In this document: piece by piece, positions 8,959 to 18,854 of the stretch | Layout: every line of letters begins with the position of its first letter | How positions within the stretch are numbered: position 1 is the stretch's first letter | Position numbers and translations under genes: made by a program | The notes under the pieces: generated by a model | The model's database searches: none | What the model was told of the DNA's origin: nothing | The model's input: only the letters and a program-made list of their open reading frames with translations | Assembly: GCA_028688325.1 (NCBI GenBank) | Contig: JAQTYI010000003.1 | Coordinates: 32,116 to 96,115, forward strand | Length of the DNA stretch: 64,000 bases | Source: Candidatus Portnoybacteria bacterium | GTDB lineage: Bacteria > Patescibacteriota > Minisyncoccia > Portnoybacterales > GWB1-42-6 | Reading direction: 5' to 3'

Positions 8959-9905
8959 CAAAAACACAGATAAAGATTATTTTCATGGGCACGCCGGAAT
9001 TTGCCGTGCCGATTTTGAAAAAACTGGCCGACAGCGAATATAAGCCGACCGCGGTTTTTTGCGCGCCGGATAAACCGGTGGGACGCAAACAAACTCTGGC
9101 TCCTCCGCCGGTTAAGATTTTAGCGCAAAAATATGGCCTCCCTGTTTACCAGCCAAAAGATAAAAACGAGCTTTCCTATCAGCTAAAAGCTATCAGCTAC
9201 CAGCTAATAATCACCGCCGCCTACGGCCTGATCTTTTCCAAAGATGTCCTGAACGCGCCCCAATACGGCTGCATCAATATTCATCCGTCGCTCCTGCCCA
9301 AATACCGGGGCCCTTCGCCCATTCAGGCCGTCATATTGAACGGCGACCCGGCCACCGGTGTGACAATCTATAAAATGGACGAACAAATCGACCATGGAGA
9401 GATAATCGCGAATCGCGAATCGCGAATCGCGAATCGCAAAATCACCATGCCCGAATTATCTCGAGAACTGTCCGTCCTTGGCGCGGATTTATTATTAGAC
9501 ACCCTTCACGATTGGCTTGCCGGCAAAATCACGCCGGCGCCGCAAGACGAAAGCCAAGCGGCTTTCACCAAAATAATTGCCAAGGAAAACGGCCAAATTA
9601 ACTGGCAAAAATCCGCGCAAGAAATAGAACGGCAAATTCGTGCTTATACCCCTTGGCCAGGCAGCTATTCGCAAGTCGCCAATGGCCAATCGCTAATCGT
9701 CAAAATACTGGAAGCCGAAATATCAGATACAAGCGCCGGAAAACGAGCCGGTGGAATATTTTTGACCGCCGATAATGACCTGGCCGTTCAAACAGGCAAC
9801 GGCGCACTCATCATTAAAAAACTCCAGCTTGAGGGTGGCAAACCGCTTTCTGCTCCAAATTTTCTCCGCGGACATAAAGATATTATCGGAAAGATTTTAA
9901 ATTAG
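8955..9905 (+). CDS. fmt: Methionyl-tRNA formyltransferase
   Basis: KIIFMGTPEFAVPILKKL...IHPSLLPKYRGPSPIQ formyl-transferase motifs plus C-terminal domain. ATGA overlap with the priA stop. Confidence 0.9.
   Translation: MTKTQIKIIFMGTPEFAVPILKKLADSEYKPTAVFCAPDKPVGRKQTLAPPPVKILAQKYGLPVYQPKDKNELSYQLKAISYQLIITAAYGLIFSKDVLNAPQYGCINIHPSLLPKYRGPSPIQAVILNGDPATGVTIYKMDEQIDHGEIIANRESRIANRKITMPELSRELSVLGADLLLDTLHDWLAGKITPAPQDESQAAFTKIIAKENGQINWQKSAQEIERQIRAYTPWPGSYSQVANGQSLIVKILEAEISDTSAGKRAGGIFLTADNDLAVQTGNGALIIKKLQLEGGKPLSAPNFLRGHKDIIGKILN
9404..9437 (+). repeat. Tandem heptanucleotide repeat (aatcgcg, about 4.8 units) inside fmt
   Basis: atcgcgaatcgcgaatcgcgaatcgcgaatcgc read directly; encodes IANRESRIANR. 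Confidence 0.8.
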
Positions 9906-9922
9906 ATTACCACTTCTATTTT

Positions 9923-10030
9923 TTGTCATTCCCGCCCCCGCTTCGCGAGGATAAACTTCAGCGGGAATCCAGGACTTTATCGTACCGAATTTATTCAGGA
10001 CCTGGATCCCGGGTCAAGCCCGGGATGACA
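9923..10030. repeat. Family A palindromic element, full copy
   Basis: tgtcattcccgcccccgcttcgcgagg...ggatcccgggtcaagcccgggatgaca. Confidence 0.7.
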
Positions 10031-10045
10031 CAATAAGCATTAAAA

Positions 10046-10086
10046 CCAAAAACCCCTCTCCGCCCTGGGCGGAGAGGGGTTTTATA
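10046..10086. terminator. Bidirectional rho-independent terminator
   Basis: aaaaacccctctccgccctgggcggagaggggtttta: 11-bp perfect stem with A-run and T-run flanks, between convergent fmt and the 10111-10791 gene. Confidence 0.7.
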
Positions 10087-10110
10087 TTCTGATATCAAAA
10101 TACAAGTCCG

Positions 10111-10791
10111 TTATTCAGCGATTTCTTTCCGGAGGCGATTCAAGAAACTGGCTGCCGCGTCTTTGCCGCCGAGCCCAAATGCCAAACCGCCGGCCAAAGC
10201 CAGCATGGCGATGAGGCCCGTGATCAGCGTCTGCAACAAAGCGAAAGCGATGCCAAGTTGAATCAAAGCCGCAAATATCCCAAAAATGACCAGTGACCAA
10301 TAGGTCAAAGCGCCAAGGAACGCCGCTGCTTTGATGTTGGAAGCCGATACGCTGGCTTGTACGATTTTGCGCAAAACACTGGCCAGCCAAAAAGCCACCG
10401 CCAATATCACCACTGATACGACGACGCTAGGGATATAGCTCAAGATGCTGCGCAAGAAAATAGAAACCTCGTTAAGGTTTAAAATATCCGTTGCGGCCAA
10501 CAAGAAAACCAAAACCAGGAACCATTTGACGAAGGCGCCGATCCAGCCGGCAAAATCCATCTTGATTCCCGCTTTTTCAAAAAACTGACCGAGGCCCAGT
10601 TTCTCCAAGCCCGAATCAATCCTCAAGGCGCGCAACAATTGGACTATTAATTTTTGCAACCCCACGGCAATAGCCCAACCCACGAAGAAGATAACCAGGG
10701 CGCCCAATAAACTCGGCAAAAAAACGATAAAGCCGCCCCAAATCTCCTGGAACGCGTTTACCGTAACCTCTGTCCAAGATTGTAATAGCAT
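10111..10791 (-). CDS. Hypothetical multi-pass integral membrane protein
   Basis: Six or more long hydrophobic segments; no catalytic motif recognised. Confidence 0.5.
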   Translation of the reverse strand: MLLQSWTEVTVNAFQEIWGGFIVFLPSLLGALVIFFVGWAIAVGLQKLIVQLLRALRIDSGLEKLGLGQFFEKAGIKMDFAGWIGAFVKWFLVLVFLLAATDILNLNEVSIFLRSILSYIPSVVVSVVILAVAFWLASVLRKIVQASVSASNIKAAAFLGALTYWSLVIFGIFAALIQLGIAFALLQTLITGLIAMLALAGGLAFGLGGKDAAASFLNRLRKEIAE

Positions 10792-10978
10792 TTATTTCAC
10801 CTCCCTTCTTGCCCTCCGAAGCGTTTGCGCGGGAGGGCCGGATAAACAAAACCCGCATCCCCTTCAAAAAGGGACCCGGGTTAAACACATTTATTATCGA
10901 CCAAAATTTCCATTACTTTTATTATGAGCCCAAACAAAAACCCCGTCCATAGGCGGGGTTGTGGATAAATAAACTATT

Positions 10979-11152
10979 GCACCGGGAGGGAATCGGCCTC
11001 GGCTCTCGACTCGCAGTTTACCCGAACATAATCGAGGGGCGCTCCTCGGCCTGGCCACCGGCTCGCAGCTTCGCCTGCTGGCGAAACATCGCTCCGCCGT
11101 TCGATTCCTTGCGCGAGCCAAGCAGTTGGCTCGCTCCATGCACAAAAAAATA
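10979..11152 (-). other. tRNA-associated mini-element ending in a direct repeat of the tRNA-Lys 3' end
   Basis: 10979-10995 gcaccgggagggaatcg duplicates tRNA 11207-11223. The internal sequence shares long blocks with the element at 33341-33479 (gagcgagccaa.tgcttggctcg, ggaatcgaacg.cggagc, ggtggccaggccgagg). Confidence 0.55.
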
Positions 11153-11205
11153 ACTCTGGCGGGTTACTCTTTTTTGTTTACCCTGGGTTTATTTAAATCG
11201 AAAGG

Positions 11206-11278
11206 TGCACCGGGAGGGAATCGAACCCACGACCGTCTCCTTAAAAGGGAGCTGCTCTACCGACTGAGCTACCGGTGC
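11206..11278 (-). tRNA. tRNA-Lys (anticodon UUU)
   Basis: Manual fold. Acceptor GCACCGG/CCGGTGC, D-arm GCTCAGTCGGTAGAGC, anticodon stem GCTCC/GGAGA with loop CTTTTAA, T-arm GTGGGTTCGATTCCCTC (one U-U mismatch), discriminator A. Confidence 0.7.
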
Positions 11279-11425
11279 GCAACTACGCTCCGATTTTCAT
11301 CGGAGCTTCGATGGGCAAGCATTGAGTCAAGTAAACTGCTTGTCCGTCCGAAGCTCAAATGTAATGCGAGCGGAGGCGGAAGCTACCGGTGCGCACTTAA
11401 TAATTTACCATATTTTACAGAAAAA

Positions 11426-12121
11426 TCAACCCCCTGCTTCTTCTTGGTTTTTTAATTTTTCTCTTATCAGCACTTTTATTGCCGTCAGGCCGTCGCGGTA
11501 TTTTACTTTTTTGCCTTCCTTTTTTACCCGCGGATTGTAGGTTATGGACAGCTCGGTTATTTTAATTCCTTGCTTCAAAATTTTAGCGGTGATTTCCGGC
11601 TCAATTTCAAACCGCTTGCCCGCTAATGACAGATTTTTTAGAATATCCGCCCGAAACATTTTATAGGCCGTTTCCATATCGGTCAATTTTGCGCCGAAAA
11701 GAAAATTGGTCAGGCCCGTTAAAAAACGATTGCCCAAATAATGGACCTTGTTTTTCTCGGGCCGATAGCCGACAAAACGGGAGCCGTAAACGACAGAAAG
11801 ATCGTTTTTCAACAAATGGTCAAAAAGCGAAGAAATCTGATCGATGTCATATTCCAAGTCCGCATCGCAAAAAACTACAAAATTGCCGCGCGCGGCATCA
11901 ATGCCCGTCTTCACGGCCGCACCCTTGCCCAAGTTGCTTTCGTGCTTCAAATTTTTTATTTTTGAATAAAAGCCGCTTATTTTTTCACTGGTGCCGTCGG
12001 TTGAGCCGTCATCAACCACAATAATCTCTTTGTCCATCGCCAACGCCAACAAACGCTCCAGCACTTCTTGGATTGTTTGCACCTCATTGAAAACCGGAAC
12101 AATAATGGAAAGCTTGGGCAT
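11426..12121 (-). CDS. Glycosyltransferase family 2 (polyprenyl-phosphate hexosyltransferase-like)
   Basis: LSIIVPVFNE...VVDDGSTDGT...FCDADLEYD GT2 motifs; start taken at MPKLSIIV. Confidence 0.8.
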   Translation of the reverse strand: MPKLSIIVPVFNEVQTIQEVLERLLALAMDKEIIVVDDGSTDGTSEKISGFYSKIKNLKHESNLGKGAAVKTGIDAARGNFVVFCDADLEYDIDQISSLFDHLLKNDLSVVYGSRFVGYRPEKNKVHYLGNRFLTGLTNFLFGAKLTDMETAYKMFRADILKNLSLAGKRFEIEPEITAKILKQGIKITELSITYNPRVKKEGKKVKYRDGLTAIKVLIREKLKNQEEAGG

Positions 12122-12207
12122 AATAAAAATTTTCAATTATCAACTTTCAATTTTCAACAAAGCCCCGCTGCGCGGGGCGAAAAATACAACCTTCAAATTA
12201 ATAAAAT

Positions 12208-12750
12208 TTATTCTTCATAGCTATACTGGGACTGGCGGCCGCGCAGAAACATTATGGCCAGAATCGGCGCCAGAAGCCACATAAAATACGGCCATGGGCC
12301 GACAAAAATAATTTGCGCCAACGGACTGAGGCCGGCCGTCACTTTTGCCGGCAAAAAAGCGATAATCATGGATAAAATCAAACCGATCTGTAAAACGCTC
12401 AGAATTAATATCTGCCACCAAGCACCGCTTCCTTTTCCTCCCAGGCGCATAGTGTGGCGCAGAGAAGAATGAGGAATAGCGAAATAGAAACCCAGCACCA
12501 GCGCCAAAAAAATAAATATCTGCGTCGTGCTGACCGGCGCCGCTTTTAAGCCGAGCCAAGAAAGTTCTTTCCAGGGAATCGCGCGGGTGAGCAAAAAGGA
12601 AAAATAAGCCCCCAGCATCATCGCCACCAGCCGGTTGCGCCCCATAAAAAGCCCATAGGCCAGTGCCACGGCTAAAAATACCAAAGCGCTCAGCCAGTCC
12701 CAAGAGCCAGAAAAGCTTATATTTTGCAGATTTATAAAAGCGAGATTCAT
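12208..12750 (-). CDS. Hypothetical membrane protein
   Basis: Four or five hydrophobic helices. Preferred over the overlapping alternative frame 12221-12760, which lacks protein-like composition. Confidence 0.45.
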   Translation of the reverse strand: MNLAFINLQNISFSGSWDWLSALVFLAVALAYGLFMGRNRLVAMMLGAYFSFLLTRAIPWKELSWLGLKAAPVSTTQIFIFLALVLGFYFAIPHSSLRHTMRLGGKGSGAWWQILILSVLQIGLILSMIIAFLPAKVTAGLSPLAQIIFVGPWPYFMWLLAPILAIMFLRGRQSQYSYEE

Positions 12751-12822
12751 AATCCTCCAATTACGAATTTATTTTTATCTATTCTGTTTATTCCGCGCAT
12801 ACGAAAAACTTTACACCTTCTT

Positions 12823-12920
12823 TGTCATTTCCGCCCCACATCAAGTGCGGGGTAAACTGGAGACGGGAATCTAGGCCTTAACCCCTGAATCTGGATCCCG
12901 GGTCAAGCCCGGGATGACAA
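12823..12920. repeat. Family A palindromic element, full copy
   Basis: Nearly identical to 8619-8716. Confidence 0.7.
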
Positions 12921-13008
12921 CTGGTGTTGTCAATTTTATCGTCGGGCGCAGTTTTTGCGCCACTTTTTGCTGCCAAAAAGTGGCAAGCGACAAAAAGGTA
13001 GTAAAAAA

Positions 13009-14142
13009 TTATTGTTCTATTTCTCTTCTTAAACCTTCTAACAACTCCTTAGCTTTTTTAGACAAGTGCTTGGGTGTTTTTATCTTCACTTTCACTATCA
13101 TATCACCCGCTCCTCGCCGCTGCAAACGAGGCATACCCCTGCCCTCCAATTGAATATTGGTGCCGCTTTCCACGCCTTCAGGAATTTTCAGCTTAACCCA
13201 GCCGGCCAGCGTCGGCACTTCAATTTTGTCGCCCAAAGCCGCTTGAGAAAAAGAAATCTGCAAATTGTAGAACAGGTCGTCGCCCTCTCGCGAAAATCGC
13301 GGATCGGGCCGAACATGCACCGTTACATATAAATCCCCTGCTGGCGCGCCGTACGGGCCCGCCTCACCCTGACCGGCCAAACTGATAACCTGCCCGTCGC
13401 TGATGCCCGCGGGAATTTTAACCCTCAATGACTTGCTTTCTTTTATCCTGCCTTCTCCGCCGCATTTTGAACAAGCTTTATCGGGCTTCTTACCGCTGCC
13501 GTGGCATGCGGGGCATATCACTACTTGGGAAAAATTGAAAAATCCGTTGCCGCTGCGCTGTTCAACCTGGCCCGCGCCTTTGCAGGTCGGGCAGGTTTTC
13601 AGTTTTGAACCCGGTTCCGCTCCGTTGCCCGAGCACCTGTCGCAAACTACGGCCCGCCGCAAATTTATTTCCTTGTCCATTCCCCTAAAAGCATCTTCCA
13701 GGGATATTTCCACATCCACACCAATATTTTGCCTCCGGCTGCTCCTTGCACTTCTGCCCCGTCCGCTGCCGCCAAATATACCCTCAAAGATATCTTCAAA
13801 TCCGCCGCCATTTCTGTTGTTGTTGCTATTGCCGCCTTGACCGAAATTAAACGCCTCGGCAAAAGAGGAAAAATCACGGAAGCCCTCAAAACCGGGCGCA
13901 CCGCCCCGGGCCTGCGCTTGTTCGAAAGTGGAGCCGAACCGGTCATATTGGCTTTTTTTCTGCGGATCGGATAGGACTTGGTAGGCCTCGTTCACTTCCT
14001 TGAATTTTTCCTGGTCGCCGCCCTTGTCCGGATGGTGTTGCTGCGCCAAGCGCCGATAAGCCCGCTTGATCTCATCAGGCGAGGCGGTCTTTAAAACATC
14101 AAGAATTTTATAATAATCTTTGGACACAAAATTAATAACCAA
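13009..14142 (-). CDS. dnaJ: Molecular chaperone DnaJ
   Basis: J-domain with HPD (YYKILDV...HHPDK), Gly-rich linker, four CxxCxGxG zinc-finger repeats, C-terminal domain. Confidence 0.9.
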   Translation of the reverse strand: MVINFVSKDYYKILDVLKTASPDEIKRAYRRLAQQHHPDKGGDQEKFKEVNEAYQVLSDPQKKSQYDRFGSTFEQAQARGGAPGFEGFRDFSSFAEAFNFGQGGNSNNNRNGGGFEDIFEGIFGGSGRGRSARSSRRQNIGVDVEISLEDAFRGMDKEINLRRAVVCDRCSGNGAEPGSKLKTCPTCKGAGQVEQRSGNGFFNFSQVVICPACHGSGKKPDKACSKCGGEGRIKESKSLRVKIPAGISDGQVISLAGQGEAGPYGAPAGDLYVTVHVRPDPRFSREGDDLFYNLQISFSQAALGDKIEVPTLAGWVKLKIPEGVESGTNIQLEGRGMPRLQRRGAGDMIVKVKIKTPKHLSKKAKELLEGLRREIEQ

Positions 14143-14262
14143 TCACCAAGATACAAGATACAAACAAATTGCAATAATCAAATTTAAAAAGTTCAAACCG
14201 GTTTGATTATTGAATTTTGGGATTTGAAATTTGTTTGGTTATTGTATCTTGGTTATTGTCTC

Positions 14263-15102
14263 TTATATCTCTAAAATTTCCCTTTCCGCCGCCACTTTAT
14301 TTATTTTAACCACTCCGCTCCACAACAGCGCTCGGAATACCAGCCAGGCAAAAAGCATCATCGCCCAGGAAAGAAAAGTGCCGATAACCTTAAGGCCGAA
14401 AAATATGCTGACTGAAGCCCCCAACGGCAACCATTTTTTAGACGACCGGCCGGCTGCGCTTATTTCTTCATTCATTGAAAAATATATCTTATCTAAAACC
14501 TCCGCTTTTTGTTTTTTAAACTCCGGAGTCGGTTTTAAATCTGTCTTTTGCGGCGAACTTATACCCAAGGCCAGATCGGCTGCCGGACCGGCAATAGCAT
14601 CGAACAAAGGCCGGGGCACAGAAATATTGCCTCCCAGCGACTGGGTGAATGGCGTAAAATAAAAAAGCAAGGTAACGAGCAACGCCAGGCCCGTGATCAT
14701 CGGCGCCAGGCCTTTTCGGAGAATTATCCCGGAAATGAACTTTATCCGCAGTGTCTTTTCAAAATGGCTGCGATAAGCCGCCAGAATAAAAAATATTATC
14801 GCGCCGGCCAGCACGAGCATAGTTGCCAAGCCCGGTTTCAAAAAAACCAAAACCGGCAAGATTATCGCCGCCGGCATGCCGTATAAAAACAGCTCGTCGC
14901 TTTCAACAAGGAAAAATAATCCCGCGCAAATTCCCAAAGCCATCAAAAAAACCAAAGACCAAATTGATCTTACTATCCAATCGGGGCTGTCGCTTAACGC
15001 GTTCGTCAATGTCGCCCAAAATAAAAACGAAAAAACCAGGATTAAAACTCCCAACGCCGAATGTACGATAATTTTCTTGTTCACCCCGCTAGAATTTTCC
15101 AC
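14263..15102 (-). CDS. Hypothetical membrane protein within the heat-shock operon
   Basis: Multiple transmembrane segments; lies between dnaK and dnaJ. Confidence 0.5.
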   Translation of the reverse strand: MENSSGVNKKIIVHSALGVLILVFSFLFWATLTNALSDSPDWIVRSIWSLVFLMALGICAGLFFLVESDELFLYGMPAAIILPVLVFLKPGLATMLVLAGAIIFFILAAYRSHFEKTLRIKFISGIILRKGLAPMITGLALLVTLLFYFTPFTQSLGGNISVPRPLFDAIAGPAADLALGISSPQKTDLKPTPEFKKQKAEVLDKIYFSMNEEISAAGRSSKKWLPLGASVSIFFGLKVIGTFLSWAMMLFAWLVFRALLWSGVVKINKVAAEREILEI

Positions 15103-15253
15103 AAATAACGAATCACCCGTTAAATCTTATATTTAAAAATTCTAACGGGGTTCATGCGGTAATTATCGCAAAAATCAGCAACTTTATCAACCCGCATAAA
15201 TGCCGTCGCGCCCCGCCTCGAGGCGGGGCGCAAATTTTAACATTAGACGGTGG

Positions 15254-17098
15254 CTATTTCTTTTCGCTTCCTTCTTCAAACTCTCCCTTAATAGACCCGT
15301 CTCCCTTATCTTTAATTTCCGGCTCCTCGGTTACTTCTTTTTCCGTGGCTTTTTCCTGTTTGTACATTTCCGAGCCGATTTTTTGGATCTCCTGCTGCAA
15401 GGCGTCCAAGGATTGCTTCAAGGCCGCTTCGTCGTTGCCATCTTTCACTTTTTTTACGGCCTCTATCTTTTCTTCCACGCCTCTTTTGATGTCCGCCGGC
15501 ACTTTATCGCCAGCGTCGCGCAAGGTTTTTTCAACGCTGTAGATTGTCGTATCGGCCTGATTGCGCAGATCGATTATTTCTTTCAGTTTGCGGTCATCGG
15601 CCGCGTGCGCTTCGGCTTCTTGCTTCATGCGCTCAATATCTTCTTTAGACAACGCGGAAGTATCTTTAATGGTGATATTCTGAGATTTATTGGTGGCCTT
15701 ATCTTTAGCCGTCACAGTTAAAATGCCGTTGGCGTCGATATCAAAGCTAACTTCGATCTGCGGCACGCCCCGCGGCGCCGGCGGAATTCCATCCAATATA
15801 AAGCGCCCCAAGGTCCTGTTGTCTTTCGCCAGAGGCCGCTCGCCCTGCAAAATATGGATTTCCACGCCCGGCTGATTATCGGAAGCCGTGGAGAACACCT
15901 GTGATTTTTGCGCGGGAATTGTCGTGTTGCGCTCAATTAGCGGAGTTGAAACGCTGCCCATAGTTTCAATGCCCAGGGTCAAAGGCGTAACATCAAGCAA
16001 CAGAACATCTTTCATTTCGCCGCCCAACACCGCCCCCTGAATGGCCGCGCCCATCGCCACGCATTCCATCGGGTCAACGCCCCGTTCGATTTTTTTGCCG
16101 ATATAGTCCTCGACGAATTTTTGCATTATCGGCATGCGCGTGGGCCCGCCCACCATAATGATACGGGTGATGTTTTGCGGACCCAATTTGGCATCATTCA
16201 ACGCCTGTTCCATCGGATGCTTGCAACGGTCGATTATGGGCTTGACCAATTCTTCCAGCTTGGCGCGCGTAATTTTCAATTGCAAATGCTTGGGGCCGTT
16301 CTGATCGGCCGTAATGAATGGCAAGTTGATATCCGTTTCCAGGGTGGAGGAAAGTTCTATTTTGGCTTTTTCCGCCGCTTCCTTCAAACGCGTCATGGCC
16401 ATTTTGTCTTTGCCCAGATCGATGCCGGATTCTTTCTTGAATTCACCCATAATATAATTAACCAGATTCTCATCCATATCCGTGCCGCCAAGATGTGTGT
16501 CGCCGGAAGTGGAAATAACCTCAAACACGCCTTCGCCAAATTCCATAATGGTGCAATCCAGCGTTCCACCGCCAAAGTCAAACACCAATATCTTTTCATC
16601 TTTGCCGGCCTTATCTATTCCGTAGGCCAAAGCCGCGGCTGTGGGCTCGTTGATTATGCGCACAACCTCCAAACCGGCGATGGAACCGGCGTCTTTGGTC
16701 GCCTGGCGCTGGGCATCATTAAAATATGCCGGCACGGTGATGACCGCTTTTTCCACCCGGTCGCCAAGATAGGCCTCGGCGTCTTTTTTTATTTTTTGCA
16801 AAATATACGCGGAAATCTGTTGGGGAGTGTATTCTTTCGCGTCTATTTTTATTTTTTCATCCGTGCCCATTTTGCGCTTAACGGCCAAGATGGTGCGCTC
16901 GGGATTGGTCACGGCCTGGCGCCGGGCCGGCTCGCCCACTAAAAGCTGGCCGTCTTTAGTGAAAGCCACATAAGAAGGAAACGCCTTGCCGCCAACGGTT
17001 GTGCCTTCGGCAGAAGGAATGATTAGGGGCTTGCCGGCTTCAACAACCGCCGCCGCCGAATTTGATGTGCCCAGATCGATACCGATGATTTTTGACAT
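15254..17098 (-). CDS. dnaK: Molecular chaperone DnaK (Hsp70)
   Basis: [18 protein letters not shown]...[10 protein letters not shown]...Hsp70 signatures. Start reassigned to the internal ATG at 17096-17098; the tracked ORF extends upstream through the hairpin repeat. Confidence 0.95.
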   Translation of the reverse strand: MSKIIGIDLGTSNSAAAVVEAGKPLIIPSAEGTTVGGKAFPSYVAFTKDGQLLVGEPARRQAVTNPERTILAVKRKMGTDEKIKIDAKEYTPQQISAYILQKIKKDAEAYLGDRVEKAVITVPAYFNDAQRQATKDAGSIAGLEVVRIINEPTAAALAYGIDKAGKDEKILVFDFGGGTLDCTIMEFGEGVFEVISTSGDTHLGGTDMDENLVNYIMGEFKKESGIDLGKDKMAMTRLKEAAEKAKIELSSTLETDINLPFITADQNGPKHLQLKITRAKLEELVKPIIDRCKHPMEQALNDAKLGPQNITRIIMVGGPTRMPIMQKFVEDYIGKKIERGVDPMECVAMGAAIQGAVLGGEMKDVLLLDVTPLTLGIETMGSVSTPLIERNTTIPAQKSQVFSTASDNQPGVEIHILQGERPLAKDNRTLGRFILDGIPPAPRGVPQIEVSFDIDANGILTVTAKDKATNKSQNITIKDTSALSKEDIERMKQEAEAHAADDRKLKEIIDLRNQADTTIYSVEKTLRDAGDKVPADIKRGVEEKIEAVKKVKDGNDEAALKQSLDALQQEIQKIGSEMYKQEKATEKEVTEEPEIKDKGDGSIKGEFEEGSEKK

Positions 17099-17099
17099 A

Positions 17100-17245
17100 A
17101 CTTTTTTAAAAATCCAAATTACCAAATCCCAATGACCAATCAATGACCAAGCCCTAAATCCCAAAAATTCATTTTGACATTGGGATTTGGGATTTTATTG
17201 GTCATTGGAAATTTGACATTTGATATTTATTTATATTTTTTAAAT
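17100..17245. repeat. AT-rich extended imperfect palindrome, family D (aatcccaa/ttgggatt, atgaccaa/ttggtcat units)
   Basis: Related hairpin clusters at 14143-14262, 20883-20945, 23455-23570, 25025-25150, 51185-51350, all intergenic. Confidence 0.55.
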
Positions 17246-17836
17246 TTATTTACTCACCTTCACTTTCGCCGCTCTTATAATTTTTCCATTTAATAAATAT
17301 CCCTTCTGCACTTCCTCCACGACCGCGCCTTCGCCGACATCCTTCGCTTCCACACACTCAACAGCTTCATGCAGCGCCGGATCGAATTTTTCACCAACCG
17401 CCTTCATCTCCATTAAGCCGTGTTTCGATAAAATCTTCATTAATTGGTCGCGTACAATTTTTAAACCCTCTACTCCTCCCTTTGAATTTAACCCCTCTTC
17501 GCCACCCTTTAAAAGGGGGGTTGGGGGGTTAGAACTTTTTTCCCCGCGCTCCTGCGCTGCTGAAGCGTCTAAAGTATCCAGCACGGGCAGCAAATCCCTC
17601 AATAGCCCTTCCCCGAACATCTTGCTCCACTCGCCCATCTGCTCTTCCTGGCGCCGCCTGTAATTTATAAAATCCGCCTGCGCCCGCTGCCAGCCCGCCA
17701 GATTATCCTGTTTTTCTTTCTGGCACTGCTCCAGTTTTTCTTTCATCTTTCCCAGCTTGTCTTTCATATCAACCGCGGCACTTTCGTTGTTTTCTTCTTC
17801 GTAATTTATATCTCGGCCTTTTTCTTCTTTATCCAT
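17246..17836 (-). CDS. grpE: Nucleotide exchange factor GrpE
   Basis: LAGWQRAQADFINYRRR motif and C-terminal beta domain. In-frame family C repeat at 17474-17535 (PTPLLKGGEEGLNSKGG). Confidence 0.85.
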   Translation of the reverse strand: MDKEEKGRDINYEEENNESAAVDMKDKLGKMKEKLEQCQKEKQDNLAGWQRAQADFINYRRRQEEQMGEWSKMFGEGLLRDLLPVLDTLDASAAQERGEKSSNPPTPLLKGGEEGLNSKGGVEGLKIVRDQLMKILSKHGLMEMKAVGEKFDPALHEAVECVEAKDVGEGAVVEEVQKGYLLNGKIIRAAKVKVSK

Positions 17837-17837
17837 A

Positions 17838-18050
17838 TATATTGGTATTTTTTACGCGCATGCGAAAAATTTTGCTATGAATTCGCGATGAGTTGAGCGT
17901 TAAAAAATTGCGTGCTGTGGTGGGGCCCCGATCGTCAGGTCGGGGCGTTGTGGATAGCAATTTTAGCGAAACGAATCCGAATTTATCAAAATTTTATCGC
18001 CGCGCGGCGGTTTTTTCCGCCGCTTTTTTGCCGCCAAAAAAGCGGCAAAA
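17838..18050. repeat. Repeat family 5 (about 190 bp) between hrcA and grpE
   Basis: cgcgcatgcgaaaaatttt...gcgtgctgtggtggggccccgatcgtcaggtcggggcgttgtggatagcaattttagcga... Second copy at 32238-32420. Confidence 0.65.
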
Positions 18051-18052
18051 GA

Positions 18053-18769
18053 TTATTGTTTATTGTTAACTGTTTTCTGTTTATTGACGCGCTTGCGCGT
18101 CTCTTCCAGCACAAACTTGTTTTTCCGGTAATTCATCCTCTTTGGCCCTAAAATCCCCAGAACGCCTCTCTCGCCGTCATTGTCGAAACCCGTCACCACC
18201 AAACTGTAATTTCGCAAATATTTTATGGGGTTTTCGCGGCCGATATAAATTTCCGTTTCTTCATCCATATCGCCGAAAAACTTATTGAAATCATCTTCCA
18301 GCGAATCAAAGCATTTCATTATATTTTTCAGATCACCGTCCTCAAATTCCGGCTCTTCTGCCAGCCACCCCAGCCCCGCTCCGTGAAAATCAGCCGCTTG
18401 TCCGAAAACCCCCGATAATCCCAGCCCCCGCGAGCAATCGGCCAAAAACTGCGCCATTTCTTTCATTGAGTCATCGTGAATTTTCCTCATCCGGGCCAAA
18501 ACATGCTCCTGCTCGCTCCGGCTAAAATCCTCTTCGCCGAATTCCTCAATAAAAAACCGAAAGGCCTTATCCGTGGGAAGCCGCCCCGCCGAGGTGTGGG
18601 GCTGCTCCAAAAATCCCTCTTTATCCAAAACGAGCATCTCCGCGCGGACGGTGGCGGGACTGAAGTCAAAATGCCACCTATCAGCCAAATCCGAAGACGC
18701 CACCGGCTCACCCGTCCGCTGGTATTCTTTTACTACGGCTTTTAAGATTTTCTTGCGTCTTTCCTGCAT
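18053..18769 (-). CDS. hrcA: Heat-inducible transcription repressor HrcA (short form)
   Basis: N-terminal winged helix EPVASSDLADRW...SPATVRAEMLVLDKEGFLEQPHTSAGRLPTDKAFRFF matches the HrcA consensus. Only 238 aa. CIRCE lies upstream. Confidence 0.7.
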   Translation of the reverse strand: MQERRKKILKAVVKEYQRTGEPVASSDLADRWHFDFSPATVRAEMLVLDKEGFLEQPHTSAGRLPTDKAFRFFIEEFGEEDFSRSEQEHVLARMRKIHDDSMKEMAQFLADCSRGLGLSGVFGQAADFHGAGLGWLAEEPEFEDGDLKNIMKCFDSLEDDFNKFFGDMDEETEIYIGRENPIKYLRNYSLVVTGFDNDGERGVLGILGPKRMNYRKNKFVLEETRKRVNKQKTVNNKQ

Positions 18770-18783
18770 AAAATAAAAAATAA

Positions 18784-18844
18784 GTTGTCGTCCTGAGCTT
18801 GTTTCAGGACCTTAGAGATGCCGAAACAAGTTCGGCATGACAAA
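18784..18844. repeat. Palindromic element (ttgtcgtcctgagcttgtttcaggacc...ggcatgacaaa), family A/B relative
   Basis: Inverted termini gtcgtcctgag / ttcggcatgacaa with internal hairpin. Confidence 0.5.
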
Positions 18845-18854
18845 ATAATACGGA

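Noticed and set aside
9404-9437. Possible CRISPR or regular repeat array
   Set aside because: A 7-bp tandem microsatellite inside fmt with no spacers. No CRISPR-like repeat-spacer periodicity was seen anywhere in the window.
10894-11455. ORFs 10894-11145(-), 10959-11153(+), 11126-11455(+)
   Set aside because: They cover tRNA-Lys and the tRNA-associated element. Arg/Ala-rich translation reflects GC-rich structured DNA, not protein.
12221-12760. Alternative-frame ORF on the same strand as the membrane protein 12208-12750
   Set aside because: Highly charged, Gly/Arg-rich translation of the membrane gene's other frame.
14143-14262. Possible CIRCE upstream of dnaJ
   Set aside because: The inverted repeat here belongs to the family D AT-rich hairpins and does not match TTAGCACTC-N9-GAGTGCTAA. 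The true CIRCE is upstream of hrcA.
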